Positions 39,501 to 52,989 of a stretch of DNA of 64,000 nucleotides are shown one piece after another; the first letter of the stretch is position 1, and each line of letters opens with the position of its first letter. Source of the DNA: Gordius albopunctatus (Eukaryota); NCBI GenBank assembly GCA_964276515.1, contig OZ193909.1, positions 11,408,001 to 11,472,000 on the forward strand, written 5' to 3'. The notes under the pieces were generated by a model, which had not been told where the DNA came from, searched no databases, and worked only from the letters and a program-made list of their open reading frames with translations. The position numbers were made by a program, and so were the translations under genes.

Positions 39501-42500
39501 GTCAGCAGCCAGCGGACGGCCAAAAAGTCATAATAGCAATGGTAGGAACAGGAACAATCATAATATTCAAAAAAACGAAAAAATAAACTCGGATACACAT
39601 TTTGGCCAATGGTCATTTTTTTCATTGGTCAGCAGCCAGCGGACGGCCAAAAAGTCTTATTATCATTGATAGTAACAAGAACAATCATAAGAGTCAAAAA
39701 AAAACTCCGGGATTCTAACCCAAAAACTAGATAAATTGCATAGCAATTATTAAAAAGTATAGGGTAATTATCAATGTTAACCTATTCAAAAACGAACAAA
39801 AAATTTTGATTTATTTGGCCAATGGTAATTTTTTTCAATTATCAATGTTAACTTATTCAAAAAGGAAAAACGAAAAATTAGGATTTATTTGGCCAATGTT
39901 CATTTTTTCATTGGTCAGTAGCCAGCGGACGGTCAAAAAGTCATATTATCAATGGTATTAACAAGAACAAAATATTAAATTAATTAAAAAAATAAAAATT
40001 TTGCCCTCTCCGGGATTCGAACCCACATTAAATAGAGGCATAAGCCTTTGGAGGGGAACAGGGAACCATATAAATAGAGCCATAGGCCCTTGTAGGGGAG
40101 GGCATAGGGTAATTATCAATGTTAAACTATTCAAAAACGAAAAATTAAAAATTTCGATTTATCTGGCCAGTGGTCATTTTTTCATTGGTCAGTAGCCTGC
40201 GGACGGTCAAAAATTCATATTATCAATGGTATTAACAAGAACAAAATATTAATTTAATTTAAAAAAATAAACAAATTTTGTCCTCTCCGGGTCTCGAACC
40301 ATCAATTTAGAACGTTCGCCGGGATTCGAACCCACATTAAATAGAGGCATAAGCCTTTGGAGGGGAACAGGGAACCATATAAATAGAGCCATAGGCCCTT
40401 GTAGGGGAGGGCATAGGGTAATTATCAATGTTAAACTATTCAAAAACGAAAAATTAAAAATTTCGATTTATCTGGCCAGTGGTCATTTTTTCATTGGTCA
40501 GTAGCCTGCGGACGGTCAAAAAGTCATATTATCAATGGTATTAACAAGAACAAAATATTAATTTAATTAAAAAAAAAAAATTTTTGTCCTCTCCAGGTCT
40601 CGAACCCGCAACCTCCAGGTCGGGAAGCTGGTGTAAATAACTTGGTGGACGACGGACGGACGGACAACCAAAAACGAGCCCATAAATTGCATAGCAATTA
40701 ATAATTTTCCAGAGTTATTCACTTAAAAATGATAAGAGAGGAAGGAGCAATAAAATAAAAAGGCTATTAAGGTGTGCAGAAGGCTCGATTCCTTTAAACT
40801 GGGTTGAAATTTGAATGATTTATTTTAATGATTTGTGGCCTCTAGTTTGCTTCGAGCCTCGGCAAGCCAATCACGTTAAAACCGCGCCAATCTTTCTTTA
40901 AGCCCAACCCTATATTATAGCCTCTAGAGCCTCGGGCGGCCAATGCAGGGTTCATATAGAGGGTGTGAGACGTGAGCATTCAAGAAAGAAATGAACACAA
41001 TTTAGTTATTATAACAAGTATTTAAAGGGTTAATTATAATTTACCAAGAGAGTGTGTATATTAAATCGAGCATTTAAACTTAATATCCATACAAATGTCG
41101 ATAACAAAACCGATGTAAAATCATCAAACTTAATTGGCGTCATTAATTACGCCGCAAAATCCATCTTAAACACGTCTACCGATGTATGTAAAATAGGTAA
41201 TACAATTAATGTTATTTCTTTCCAAAACTTATACAGAAAAACGCCATGCACTACCATTGTCCAAACTATGGCTTGCTACTAGGCCTCACAAGTTTAATCA
41301 TAATAATCTATCCTCCAGTTTTTCATCATCACTCGATAAATGCGAATTATACTTGGCGCAGTAATTTAAGAGATTGCGGTAAAACGTATTACTCCCCCGA
41401 TATATCGGATTGCAACGAGTCGGACGAAATGGGCGGGCGAGAGGCGAGGCCCCATTCTTGGCCCTGGTATGCCGCAATCTATAGGACGGCAAAGAGTGAG
41501 ACGGGAAGAAGGTATTTAATACTTGTCCCAACAGTTTTTAGTTTCAAATCCCGTTTCTCATTTTAAAGTAATTTCAAACATCGTAAATTCATTGGTAAAC
41601 CATATGCCATGCCGTATTTAAAAAATGACCTTAAGTTATACAGTAACCTCGTGGCCTAAAAGGTATACAGATGAACGTATCCTTGACGCATAGTACAACA
41701 GAGATTCATGAGATTCATTTAACCTTAATTTTGTAAATAAAATTGTCAATATTAACAAACTACGATGAATAATTAGTAATTTCCATCCAATTTTATCATG
41801 ACTCAAATAAAAACAGCAGGATATTAGAAAATTAAGCGACGCGATTTCTATCTAAATCCCAAATTTTATAGCCTAAAGGTTTGGATCCCATTAGTTAATA
41901 CCTGATTTCATTACAGCCCCGTAATTTTAGACACCCCTAAAAAGATATTTTCGTAAACATAAAGTTTAAACTCAAAGGTAGAGCTTACCTAACTAAATAT
42001 AACGAATTCGCGATGATTTATTTATTCAAGATTTAGGAACTTCCACTTTGGTTTAGCGCGAAATTTAGTCTTAACAAGAAGGCCGTTTGTATAATTCACA
42101 GGTATTTGTGTGGCGGTTCTCTCATTGCTGAACGGTGGATCCTAACGGCCGCCCACTGCTTGCACAAACAACCGAGCAAAGTATTGTACGAATTAAATGG
42201 ATTCAGGATCCACTTGGGTATTCATAACTGTCATCATTTTGGGGTCAGTGTGTATCAACGAAGCGTTTAATAGTACTACCCTAAAAGGAGCAGACACACG
42301 GGCGTAGCCAAGGGGGGGGGGTGCTGCCCCACTCTAAATCCAAAAAATTGCTGAAATTTCATAAAATTATGGCTAAAATTTCAGGAAATGATTATCCTCC
42401 CCCCCCCACTCTAATTTATGGCCAATTCCACGTACATTTTAGTTAAAAGCCTCTTAAATGATTTTGTCCAACCGACCTACACATTAAATTTTTCATGTAT

Positions 42501-45500
42501 AAAAGGCAGTGGAGATAAAGTTTATGAGCATAATGGGAGAGTTGAATCCATTAGCACCAATTTATTAGTGAGAGAGACACATAGAGCGCGAGGAGGCTAA
42601 TGTTTATGATGCGGAAAACCTTTTCCATAAATAAGATGATCTAATTTGCCCATGCAGGCCATACGGACATATTTCGTTTGCCTAAACAGTATTGACACGT
42701 GTATAAAAATCAAGTGCCTAATCATGACACACCAATTTTAAATAAAAATATAGTTAAAATATTTGACTCCCTTGATAAACTTTTTGCCTATCCCCTACTT
42801 TATATTCAGGCTACGCCCGTGTGTTTGTGCCTTTCAAACGAAACGCATAATCACCACATACGTGTAGGTCGTGTGAGCGCAAAAGGGGTAATCATGCAAA
42901 TAATTTCCAACGAATATTTAATTACACAGAGGAGATCCCCTAATTATAATATGGGATCAGAGGAGCCAGGAGGGCTACAAATATTAACGGTCGATCGAGC
43001 ATGGATACATCCCAACTACTCGCAGGATTCGAGAAGCCCCGACAATATCGGAGTAATCAACGACTTAGCCCTGATGCACTTATCTAGTCGGGTGGTGTAC
43101 GGACCAAAGGTCAGACCCATCTGCTTACCCGAATCCTTTACAACTACACAGGCAAAAGTAATTCGGGGGGGGGGGAGACTAATCTTAATATACCATAGCC
43201 GTGCTCAATTTTATGAATTGATTAAATTTGTCAAGCCTGAATTTTATGACTCTTGCCCTAAGTTCAAAATATGTCTTGATGGCCCTTAGTTTGCTTAAAC
43301 ATTTTTAATTCGTTGGTCAGTTCAGGTATGATTATTTTTTTAAAAGGCTTTATTATAAAGGCGTCAAATACATAATGACGTTTAAAAAAAGGATTTAAAG
43401 ACGAACTGAATTTCAAATAAAAATATATGCGTAGGGGGCTGAAACTAGGTTGGAATAACCTTTTCGGTTGAGAGAGCCCTCAAGCTCCTAACGAGTGTAT
43501 TTGTCGAAGAAGACCTGCTTTAGGCATAGCCAATTCCTTCCTTTCCTTTAAAAATGGACATTGAATTAATTAGGAAATAAAAATTAGTTTATATGACAAT
43601 AAAAAACTAAGAGAGATTTTGGAGGGAGGTGGGCGTCTATTAATTTCTTTAAAAGAGTTGCAGCACTCTTCCCCGTCCCCGACCATGACGAAACGATAGG
43701 AATAATTTTGAAATTGGATCGTATGAAAACCAACTTTAGCTTAACCAATAAATGAAATGTTTCAGCGTCTCATTCCTAACTTCAGGCTGCTGCTAGATCG
43801 TCGCATTGCCACGTCGTAGGGCTGGGTTCGACCATGCGTTACTTTACCCACTTCTCCCCACACCTCAATCAAGTGTGCATCCCGCTCAACCTAGGAGGAG
43901 GGGAGACCACATGCAGCAGCAACAGCAGCAGCGCTACTACTACGACCAAAACCAATTGCATTGGCGAAGGCTGGTTTCGGGCGGGACGCGGTAATAAGGA
44001 TGCGTGCGCGGGTGATAGCGGAGGTCCGCTCATGTGCCTCCTAAATATGAGGCGTTGGGTCGTGGCGGGCATAGTTTCTTTCGGGACGAGTGTTTGTGGA
44101 GATCCTGTAAAAGCTTCCGTATACACCCGCGTTTCCAACTACCGACACCTCATCGATTGGGTTGTCGAAGGAAATTAAATGCTGATTGATGGTCTAGCTA
44201 GGGGACAAAGCTCTGCATTCGTTTTTGTATGATGATTACACACAAATTGTATCTAGGCTGTATAGTGCAATTTTTTGTAGGCACTTTTTGAAATGTATAA
44301 ATAATTCTTAATAGTTACGTGTGCAGTGAACATCTAGATTTCTATATATCCGTTCAGAACTTGGAAACGATGTAGCTCATAAGCTGTGTGCTAGCGTTCA
44401 CAGTATGCCCGATTATTCCAATGTTATTTTTTAATTTGCCCAATTGTGGACCCGACTTGAGCGGCCCGTTATTTTCACGATTCGAATGTATTTTATCCGA
44501 TGAATACACATGTGAAATGCATTCCTATATTAATATGTTTTAATCAAGAATATGATGATTATGATTGAAATTCAATTAATTTAGCTAATTTAATAATGGA
44601 ACAAATGCACAAATAACCCTTTTCGAAACGGATCACGGGACTATCTAAATAGAATATTGCAATAAATGATTCACCAAATTAAAAAGTCCAATAAGAAATC
44701 AGTTATCATCTGGATAACGAAAGAGGATCGGCAGAGCTTAATAAGAAAATCATATATAGGAAGAAAACAATTTGGTTAAAAATATAACGGTAGACATATT
44801 CTAGCTAATAATCAATTAAAAATATAATTGAGTGATCAATAATATTACAATTAAAAGGCGATTTCTTGAGTCCTTTGACTTCATCGATCCTTAAAAATTG
44901 TAAATAAAAGATATTTGCGTAAATAAACTAAAACAAAATGGCAATTTACCATTTCCGGAAAGTATTTTTAAAGAATTATTATTATTTTGTACACAGAAAA
45001 ATAATTTTAAATTCAATCATATAAATTATGACCAAATCGATGGTTGCGCTATGGGGATGCCTATTGCCCCTGTACTCGCAAATATATTTTTATCACATTT
45101 AGAACACGAATTATTATCAAAACTTCCCTCATTTCCACCTTTTTGGTGTAGATATGTTGACGATATATTTGCACTCTGGAATCAAAACTTAGATAATGAT
45201 TTAGATAACTTTTTAAATCTATTAAATTCATTTCATATTAACATAAAATTTACATTTGAAATTGAAACGAATCAATGTTTGCCTTTTCTGGACGTTTTAA
45301 TTACCAGAAATCAAAATAATTTTCATACTCAGGTTTATCACAAACCTACGGAATCACGTTTGAACTATATTCCTTTTAATAGTTTTACTCCTTTCACTTT
45401 TAAAGTCAATACTTTAAGCTGGCTTATTAATCGAGCAATTCATTTATCGTCTTCACAATCCGCATATATTAAAGAAATAGTTTATTTATATGAAACATTC

Positions 45501-47574
45501 TGTTCTCTTGGATATCCAAATCAACTTTTCAATAATATTCTAAAAAAATGTTTTTCAACTGAAAATAATCAAAAGAATAATGATAAAACTTTCATACATT
45601 TCCCGCATCACCCATCGTGACCATTTAAATTTTTAAACAGCATTAAAAAAATATTAAAAAGTAATGATATTAAAAAAATCATCATCAAGCAAAAACCTAA
45701 TGAATCACTCTTCTTAACCATATTACAAAATAACTATGATTCCGATTTACAAACAAATAACGTTGTCTATAAAATTACTTGCAATGATTGCAGCCAGTTT
45801 TACATCGGGGAAACAAAAAGAGACTTAAAAGTTAGGCTTAAAGAACACTTGGCGGCTTTATATCGCCCCAACGGGTGGGTGCCTACAGGAGAGTATCTAG
45901 CCACATTTTAAAGGAAAATCATGCGTCAAAACTCAAACAATCAATTCTACTTTTTACAAAATCATATTTTGAAAGGAAGAAGACCTTAGAGTCCTTCTTT
46001 ATTAGAAGACTTAACCCCTCTCTAAATGAAGATATGGGAAGAGTACCCCTCTACCCTTGGTTACACAAAAATTTATCACTACCAAAACAACATACTATTT
46101 AATTTATATTCTAATTTATTTAAATTTATTCTATTTTACTTTAATTTATTTTACTGATCTGATGATGTTTTCTATGAAAACGAAATGTCATATTAATTAT
46201 AATATTTTTTTAACTCCCTCAACAATTCCCGATAACTTATCCATAAAGAGTCTTTAAAATGTCTCTCGCTGTCAATGCATTGTAATATGTTAATATGACA
46301 ATTTGTCTATGCTATGACTCAAGATCTTTCTGTATAAAAAAATAAATTGCCCATTTCAAAGCTACCCCCTATGCATTAATAATATTTTGGACATTAATAA
46401 TATTTTTTATTCGGTTATATTTTAAATTAACATGATCTCTAATTGACTTGGTGTGAAATTAAGTGTTTAAAGCAACCAATTCAAAACCTTACCTCTTCAA
46501 TTTTTTTATAAATACTAGATTAATGCATAAGAAGAGGTCAATTCTCATCAGGAAGATGCATAAATCAAAGTGATTGCTATTTAAATTTTTCCCACAAAAG
46601 GCTTTATAATGTTACATAACATAGCATCTATTTAAATTTGTAAATATGAGATGCATTTTAATCTATTTTGTTAATTGTGCAGGAATTGCTGCAAATTGTG
46701 ATAGTGCATTACTAAAATTATATGTATAAAACTAAACCATAGAACTATTGTATAATATAAACCTTAATCTTTAGTTAAAACTTTCCATCAAAATTTATGA
46801 AGGAAACTTTAGACAAGGTCATAACTAGAAACAAAACTAAAGAAGCATCTATAAAAAATGTAATCAATAAAAAAATTAATTTGCCTTTTAAATCACTTTT
46901 TAACAATCAAAATATTTAAATACCCCTACTATGGGAGTAACCAGGTTTTGGATTAGGGGGGGGGGGGGGGGGGAAAGTTAAAAGTTAAATTAGGGAGGGG
47001 CAAAACATATTTTTTTTTAATTTTTAAGGGTTTTTGCATTGAAAATTTTTTTCCGTCATTCAGGACCCCCTGTCCCCCTGGCTATGCCCATGACACCTAC
47101 CTATCCAATTTGACATCCAAAATAAAAATTAGAAATAGGGATAATATAAAATTCAAACAAAATTTAAAGAGCATTTTATAAATTATTATTTAAAAAATAT
47201 TTTTTGTTTAAAAATGTGATACCAAGTAAATATATTCACAAATTCTAAATATAGACTTACATGTACCATTCAATTCCTTTTTCATAAATATGTTCTCTAT
47301 CGAAGAAATGAATTTCTGGTCCAACAACTTTAATTTTTGGGTGTATTTTTAAAAAGTGTAAGAGTGCCCTTGTACCACATTTTTTTACACCAATAATTAT
47401 AGCAGATGGTAATCGCTTTTTATATAAATCTTTTGTATCATAATTATGATTTTTAGTTATAATTAATTTTGAATACATTAAAATTTTGGGATTGTATACA
47501 TTATTATTGAATAAAATTATAGTAAGTCCCACACAAAATAGCACAAATGTCAATAAATGTAACAAAGTTAACAT
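33547..47574 (-). CDS. HS3ST: Heparan sulfate glucosamine 3-O-sulfotransferase; exons 47574-47261, 35456-35252, 34565-34232, 33713-33547
   Basis: N-terminal TM anchor; 5'[31 protein letters not shown]; 3'[16 protein letters not shown]...[12 protein letters not shown]-terminal QTFDWY*. Splice phases are consistent. Confidence 0.95.
37493..37611. mobile_element. Small hAT-type MITE
   Basis: CATGGACGTAGC / GACTACGCCTATG termini; TSD TAAATAAT/TATATAAT. Confidence 0.7.
38803..40704 (-). mobile_element. Helentron/HINE-like element with internal tandem arrays and tRNA-like fragments, in HS3ST intron 1
   Basis: On the minus strand: 5' subTIR, then a (GTCC)n microsatellite, and a 3' subTIR followed by a GGGCCGAAGGCCC hairpin and T-run. 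It has alternating repeat units of about 125/113 bp at 39050-39700 and a direct repeat of about 300 bp at 39900-40590. Confidence 0.8.
41246..44178 (+). CDS. Trypsin-family (S1A) serine protease nested antisense in HS3ST intron 1; exons 41246-41511, 42102-42243, 42930-43157, 43786-44178
   Basis: N-terminal hydrophobic segment; HSWPW, CGGSLI, LTAAHC (His), NDLAL (Asp), [11 protein letters not shown] (Ser, S1 Asp), VYTRVS; splice phases are consistent. Confidence 0.93.
42297..42821. mobile_element. hAT-type MITE(s) in protease intron 2
   Basis: CACGGGCGTAGCC / GGCTACGCCCGTG termini; no clear direct TSD. Confidence 0.6.
44850..46260 (+). mobile_element. 5'-truncated Penelope-like element (RT + GIY-YIG) with a 3' hammerhead-like motif
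   Basis: [74 protein letters not shown]-stem-GAAA at 46159-46185. Confidence 0.92.
46930..47092. mobile_element. Small hAT-type MITE
   Basis: TATGGGAGTAACC / GGCTATGCCCATG termini; TSD ACCCCTAC/ACACCTAC. Confidence 0.7.
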
Positions 47575-50391
47575 GGATTAAAAAAATAAAATGATGCATT
47601 TAATCGCAAATGCACATTCTATTCGCATCAGATGTTAATACATAAATTTCAAAATAACACGAAAAAATGTTCATTAATAAGCTTAAAAATATTAAATAAA
47701 GAAAGACAATGTCAAATTAAATTTTGTACACCTATAGATATAAAAATTTAGGACACATAAATATATTGTTTTTAAAACTTTCGCGTTTTTGATATATATC
47801 CAATACACTTAGTCTAATTCGATTATAAATAGCTCGCTCACTTTGATCGACATAATTATCCTTGTTATTTATCAAATACACAATAATTACCCTTTCAAAA
47901 TTGTTTTACGTCAAAAAAAAATCCAACTTTTACATCACTATATATGGCTCTATCTTTTAAGCACACTTAATAACTCTCATTTAAATATGTGGATAAACAC
48001 TTCGTAATAAATGTTTTTTCTCAAGATATCTACCCAAAATTACAAAATTTTGCTCTGCATTTTTACTTGTGTTAATTCTTAAATTGACTCCCACTCCTAT
48101 TGTAATAAGCAAAATAAATGAAGAGACATGTAGCCTAGGTAACCATATACATGATAGTTTTGTCTTGCTCTTAGATAAAAGTTATAAAAATCCATTCACG
48201 ATGAATTAGCACAGTATTCTAAGATATACATAAGCAGAATAAAAATTTGGTGTAAATTTTACTAATTACCAGAAGTTGACTTTGTTTATTATTTAATAAT
48301 ACATAAAGAAAATGCACAACACATCTATTTAAGAGGCGAATATGTTACAAATATATTAAAACGACCGTTTGAAACGTTCATTACTTTCCTTACATTATGA
48401 AAAAATGATGCGCTAGAGTAAACATTACTATTAACATACATGAAATCTGCTTAAAAACTTATTTAAAAGACGCAAACGCGAATTGCGATATCAAGTCCAT
48501 AAATAATATGATTCGACTAAACCCGGTCTTAAATTCACCAGATAATAGGATTAGTTCTTTATTTTCACGAAATCGAACAAGATATACATTTTACCATCAA
48601 AGCCTAAGAATATAATTATTGTATTAATGTGTTTTCATGAACATAACTTCAAGCAAAGACTCATGATCGCAGTTTGCTGTTATTTTTTTGTCCCTCTTTT
48701 ATCTTTATTTCTATCGGTCAGCATTTTAGCTCCCTTTGTTCCTACTATTCACCATGTTATATGGTCTTTGTTTGTCCTAAAATTTCATGACTTTTCTATC
48801 AATCTGTGGTGATTGATCAACCTTCTTTCTTGTACCTGCCTTATGGCTTTCTTGCTGCTTATACCCTTTACGAATCTTTTTTGTTCAAGGTTGTGAAACA
48901 AATATGAACAAACCGGTACAGACAACCTTGCTTAAAGAAATACAATAAGCATACTATTTACCGTGAAAATTGAACGTATCATCTTCACTGCTATCATTAA
49001 CGTAACCTGTTCAAGACTTTTCAGCAATTAATACAATGGCTTTCCTCGTACCTCTTTTACACTGTATGCCAATCTATGAATCAGTTAGAGAGACTCTAGT
49101 TATGCATTAATTATGCGAAAAACACGTCATATCAACATAAAATTGGTGCGTTATTTGCAATCATATTGACCCCCGATCTCCTTTATATCTAACTATTTTG
49201 GAAAAAGTTGTAAAATACAAATGCCATCACAAAATTGATTTGCTGCTGCTTTATTAAACATGGAATAAAGTCAGGAACCAAATAACACCAAGAATGATCT
49301 TCAATCGTGCAATAAAATAGTTATCGCTTCATAGCCCTTTATTTTAAATAATACTAAATCGCATGAGGGCATATCATCGTGACGCTAGTAGTAAAGTAAA
49401 AAGTTATGAAAGTATAATTCATTAAAATGACATTAGCCATATGTCTTGCATCGTCTCTAATAGCTGTGACAATATACATTGCTTTCAGCTCTAAAAATTT
49501 CAATATGCAATGTATTTAAAATCCCACGTGCAACATTCCCAAACACCCGGCATCAGAAAAGTATAGCAGAAATTAAACTAATCATTTAAGATTGCCCACT
49601 GATCGATAATTGCGAGATTGGCGATGGCATCAAACCACTCCAGATTTCCCTTTAGATGCTATTAAAAAGCTAGTTTAGCTAAGAGAATTCCCATTAAATT
49701 ATTTGCTCAAATAAGTTCTATATAAAAATTTATTTAAGGCAAATGACAATTTTTGTAATGCAAATAAATAAACTTACTGAAAAGGGAAAATCTTCCTTAT
49801 TTTTGATATGAATATTTAATTTTTATCAAATGTGTAATAGTAATACATCGAAGGAGGCGGTGACATGTTGTCCTTTAAGTTAATTAATACATTAACGACA
49901 TTTTATTTATGGATTGAATCCTTTTTTTCCAAAATACTTGGATTTCCAAAAATTCATACAATTCGTAGAAAAATAGAGACTCACAACCAATATTATGCTT
50001 AAAAACTTATGGTGAAAGAGTTAATATGATGAACATTGTTAAATTATGCACCATATCGCAAGTAAATTTATAGATTACACATTTTATATGTGACGTCACC
50101 TCGGTATTTTTGTTTTATAATATTTATAAATTAACAATCACTCCTATTTAATGTTTTTATAGTTATGTTTTTATCTACTCAAAAATTGATTATTGCATTT
50201 ATTAAATACCTCTTGCATTTCAACAGATGTTTTATAAATGATTAATTTCTTCAATGTATTAGCTTAATTATTTTATTTAAAAAATCTGTATAACTATAAC
50301 CTAGTAGACATCGATATAGGCATGACTTAAAACATATATTGAATCGTATTGATCAAGCGACCTGGAGTTATCATCCTTATAATGGCCTCTT

Positions 50392-52579
50392 ATGGACACC
50401 CATTATCATTTCAAAAATAATTCCATTACCAGTAAATACTTCGAATGTGTGTGGGAAAATGGAAGAGCTATAGACCCTGATATATTTATCGATATAGGCG
50501 ATATAGAAAATATGGGTGCACACAAATTTGTATTAATAAGTAATAGGTAAGATGAGGTCCTATATATATTATTTACACATTTATTTATTAAAGGTTTACT
50601 AATTTAAACTACAATATTAAATGTTTTGTAGCCAATACTTTTCCCATTGCCTCTCTAAACAACTGGATACAAAAGTTTTGCAATTACCCAAATCAATTAA
50701 CATACCTTATGAAGTATGGATGGAAGTTTTAAAATTCATGTACACCGGCGAATTACACATAAATCAAGAAAATATACTTGAATTTAAACAGGCCGCCGAG
50801 TCTCTGAAAATTCCATTAGCCTTATCACTCTGTGACGAGTGGGAGAAAACAGCCATTAGGCGCAAAAATTCGGAAGATTTTCGCAAGCGGAGAGATCGCA
50901 TTGGATCAGTATCTTTAGACGTTATCGAAAATAGAGCTGCAAAAGACGAGCCTTCCCCTAACAAGTTATTCAGAGATTTTGTTAAAGCATTGTGGTACCA
51001 GGGGCGCAAGTTAATAACTGACATTACTTTACGTGTGGGAAACGTTGAATTAACTGCACATAAACTTATTCTGTCGTGTCATAGTCGATATTTTGATGCG
51101 TTATTCAAAAGGGTGCCATTATTAGCTTACTTAGTGATCCCGGATACCTACCAAATTACGGCCTTCACTTTTTTGACTCTACTCAAATATATGTACACGG
51201 AAGTCTTAGATATTACATTGTCAAATGCACATTCTCTGTATCGGGCTTCAATCATACTGAATATGCCTCATCTCACAGAAATCATTGAAAATTCTTACTA
51301 TCAATCTAAATCATGCCCACAAATAGAACCTGCTAGTCAAACAACGCATCAACAAATAGATATACCAACGACCCAGTCAAAACCGGGAGCAACCTCATCA
51401 CACTCCGATGATAATATCCAATATATCACAAACATTTTATCTAGCGATTATATTATAGCCCCAAGTGAATTTTGGATATTCAAAGCAGCTCTCGATTGGC
51501 TGATGAGACGTAGAGAAGATGATTTAAATTTGTTGGTTATTCCTGTCATGAAATGCGTACGTTTTGAATGCATGACTATCGAGGAATTAATGCTAGCCAT
51601 AAAGCTAACACTACCATGGTTCAAAATGTTTCCCGAATATCGCAATCAAATAAGCAGGGCTAATTGGTAAAATAACGTTTCATAATTATGTATTAATATT
51701 AAAAATTAGTCGTTGATGGGTCGTCATAAGGCAAACGGTTTATATTTAATATATAGGATTTAATTTTGTTGGTAAACTATTTTGGCAAAAATTGTTCATA
51801 TATAAGGAAGATGGAAATTTTATTACGATTTTTCAGTGTTTGCACATAGTTATAAAATAGCTACACTATTAGCTTTATACATTTTCGCGAATTAATGTCT
51901 GCCATTTTCGCGATTTAATGTTTCCCTAAATATTTGAGGATTCCCTCGTGCCTTTATTAGGCCCACATTGCCATATATTTATATAATTGTATGACACTGG
52001 TAAAAGTGGCCTACCACATATTATTTAACTATTTCGTAAAACTGACAAACTATTATACTATAAGCCCTATTAAATATTTAAAATTTCTTTTATTGAACTT
52101 TAGAAATATGATTAAAAAGATTTATGAGGAAAATTTGATTCTGCGTTGAAATTAGATTCATCTAAGTAAAGTAACAAAATTTTTCGTTGTTTGAGAGAGA
52201 AAATTTAAATTAACATCGCTATTTATAAGTTTTAATATTAACCTAAAAATATAAAATTAGGCTCTTTCAACCAATTATTTGCTGTTTATTATATATGAAC
52301 TTTAGGAGTTGTTGCTTAAGGTTATATAGTTCAAAATTTTTATTCATTTGGAACTTGATGTTTTACTCTAACAAATTTTAACTTATTTAATGTGACAAAA
52401 CCAAAAGTGAACGTTTTAAGAGATCTAAAGGGGCATAGTTATATATATGAATCTATAAAAATTACCTATTACAGATAGCTAATCTCTGGTATTTTTTAAG
52501 GTTACTGAACCATCAAGCTTTGACTTCACAGCAAAATCAATCGCAAATACAAAGAAGAATGTTTTTAAAGTACAAATAA
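50392..52579 (+). CDS. Tandem BTB/POZ protein with a BACK-like C-terminus and no Kelch repeats; exons 50392-50546, 50632-51666, 52501-52579
   Basis: BTB1 DIFI..AHKFVLISNSQYF...LKFMYTG; BTB2 DITLRVG..AHKLILSCHSRYF...LKYMYT; BACK-like SEFWIFKAALDWL...CVRFECMTIEEL; GT-AG phase-2 introns. The last exon is less certain. Confidence 0.85.
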
Positions 52580-52989
52580 ATTATATAAATATTTATTATT
52601 GTAATTGGTTGAATTGTAACAATGGTCTTAGGACTGACTGAGCTTGTAACTAATAAAAGTGTTCGTCCGAATGTGTCTATGTTATAATATATATATTATG
52701 TTAATTTTTAATTAGTGAATATTAGGAAGATGGTGGAATTAATGTTTAGGTTATATAAGATTTCGGCTCTGCTTTTCTCCCTCGTTTTAAGCATTTAAAT
52801 TTTTTATAGATTTATCAGTATAAGGGATATAATTTTTTTTATAATCATTCCAATTGGTCTGTTAATTTAAATAAGTGTAGATATTTAATTCATGTTTTTA
52901 ATTTCACTACTATTAATTACCATTAATTCGAACCCTAACGATGATTGTGCACTTTGTTGCGTCGACGCTAGGCTAAGCTTGGGGGATAA

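Noticed and set aside
39050..40580. CRISPR-like look: palindromic repeats separated by spacers
   Set aside because: The spacers are about 80 bp and themselves repeated, there are no cas genes, and the context is a eukaryotic transposon.
40001..40650. Functional tRNA genes
   Set aside because: Only 3' halves or degenerate pieces; no complete acceptor stem, D arm or Pol III terminator.
43806..44138. Alternative-frame and antisense ORFs (polyQ, hydrophobic) over the last protease exon
   Set aside because: Shadow frames of a real coding exon that contains a CAG-like repeat.
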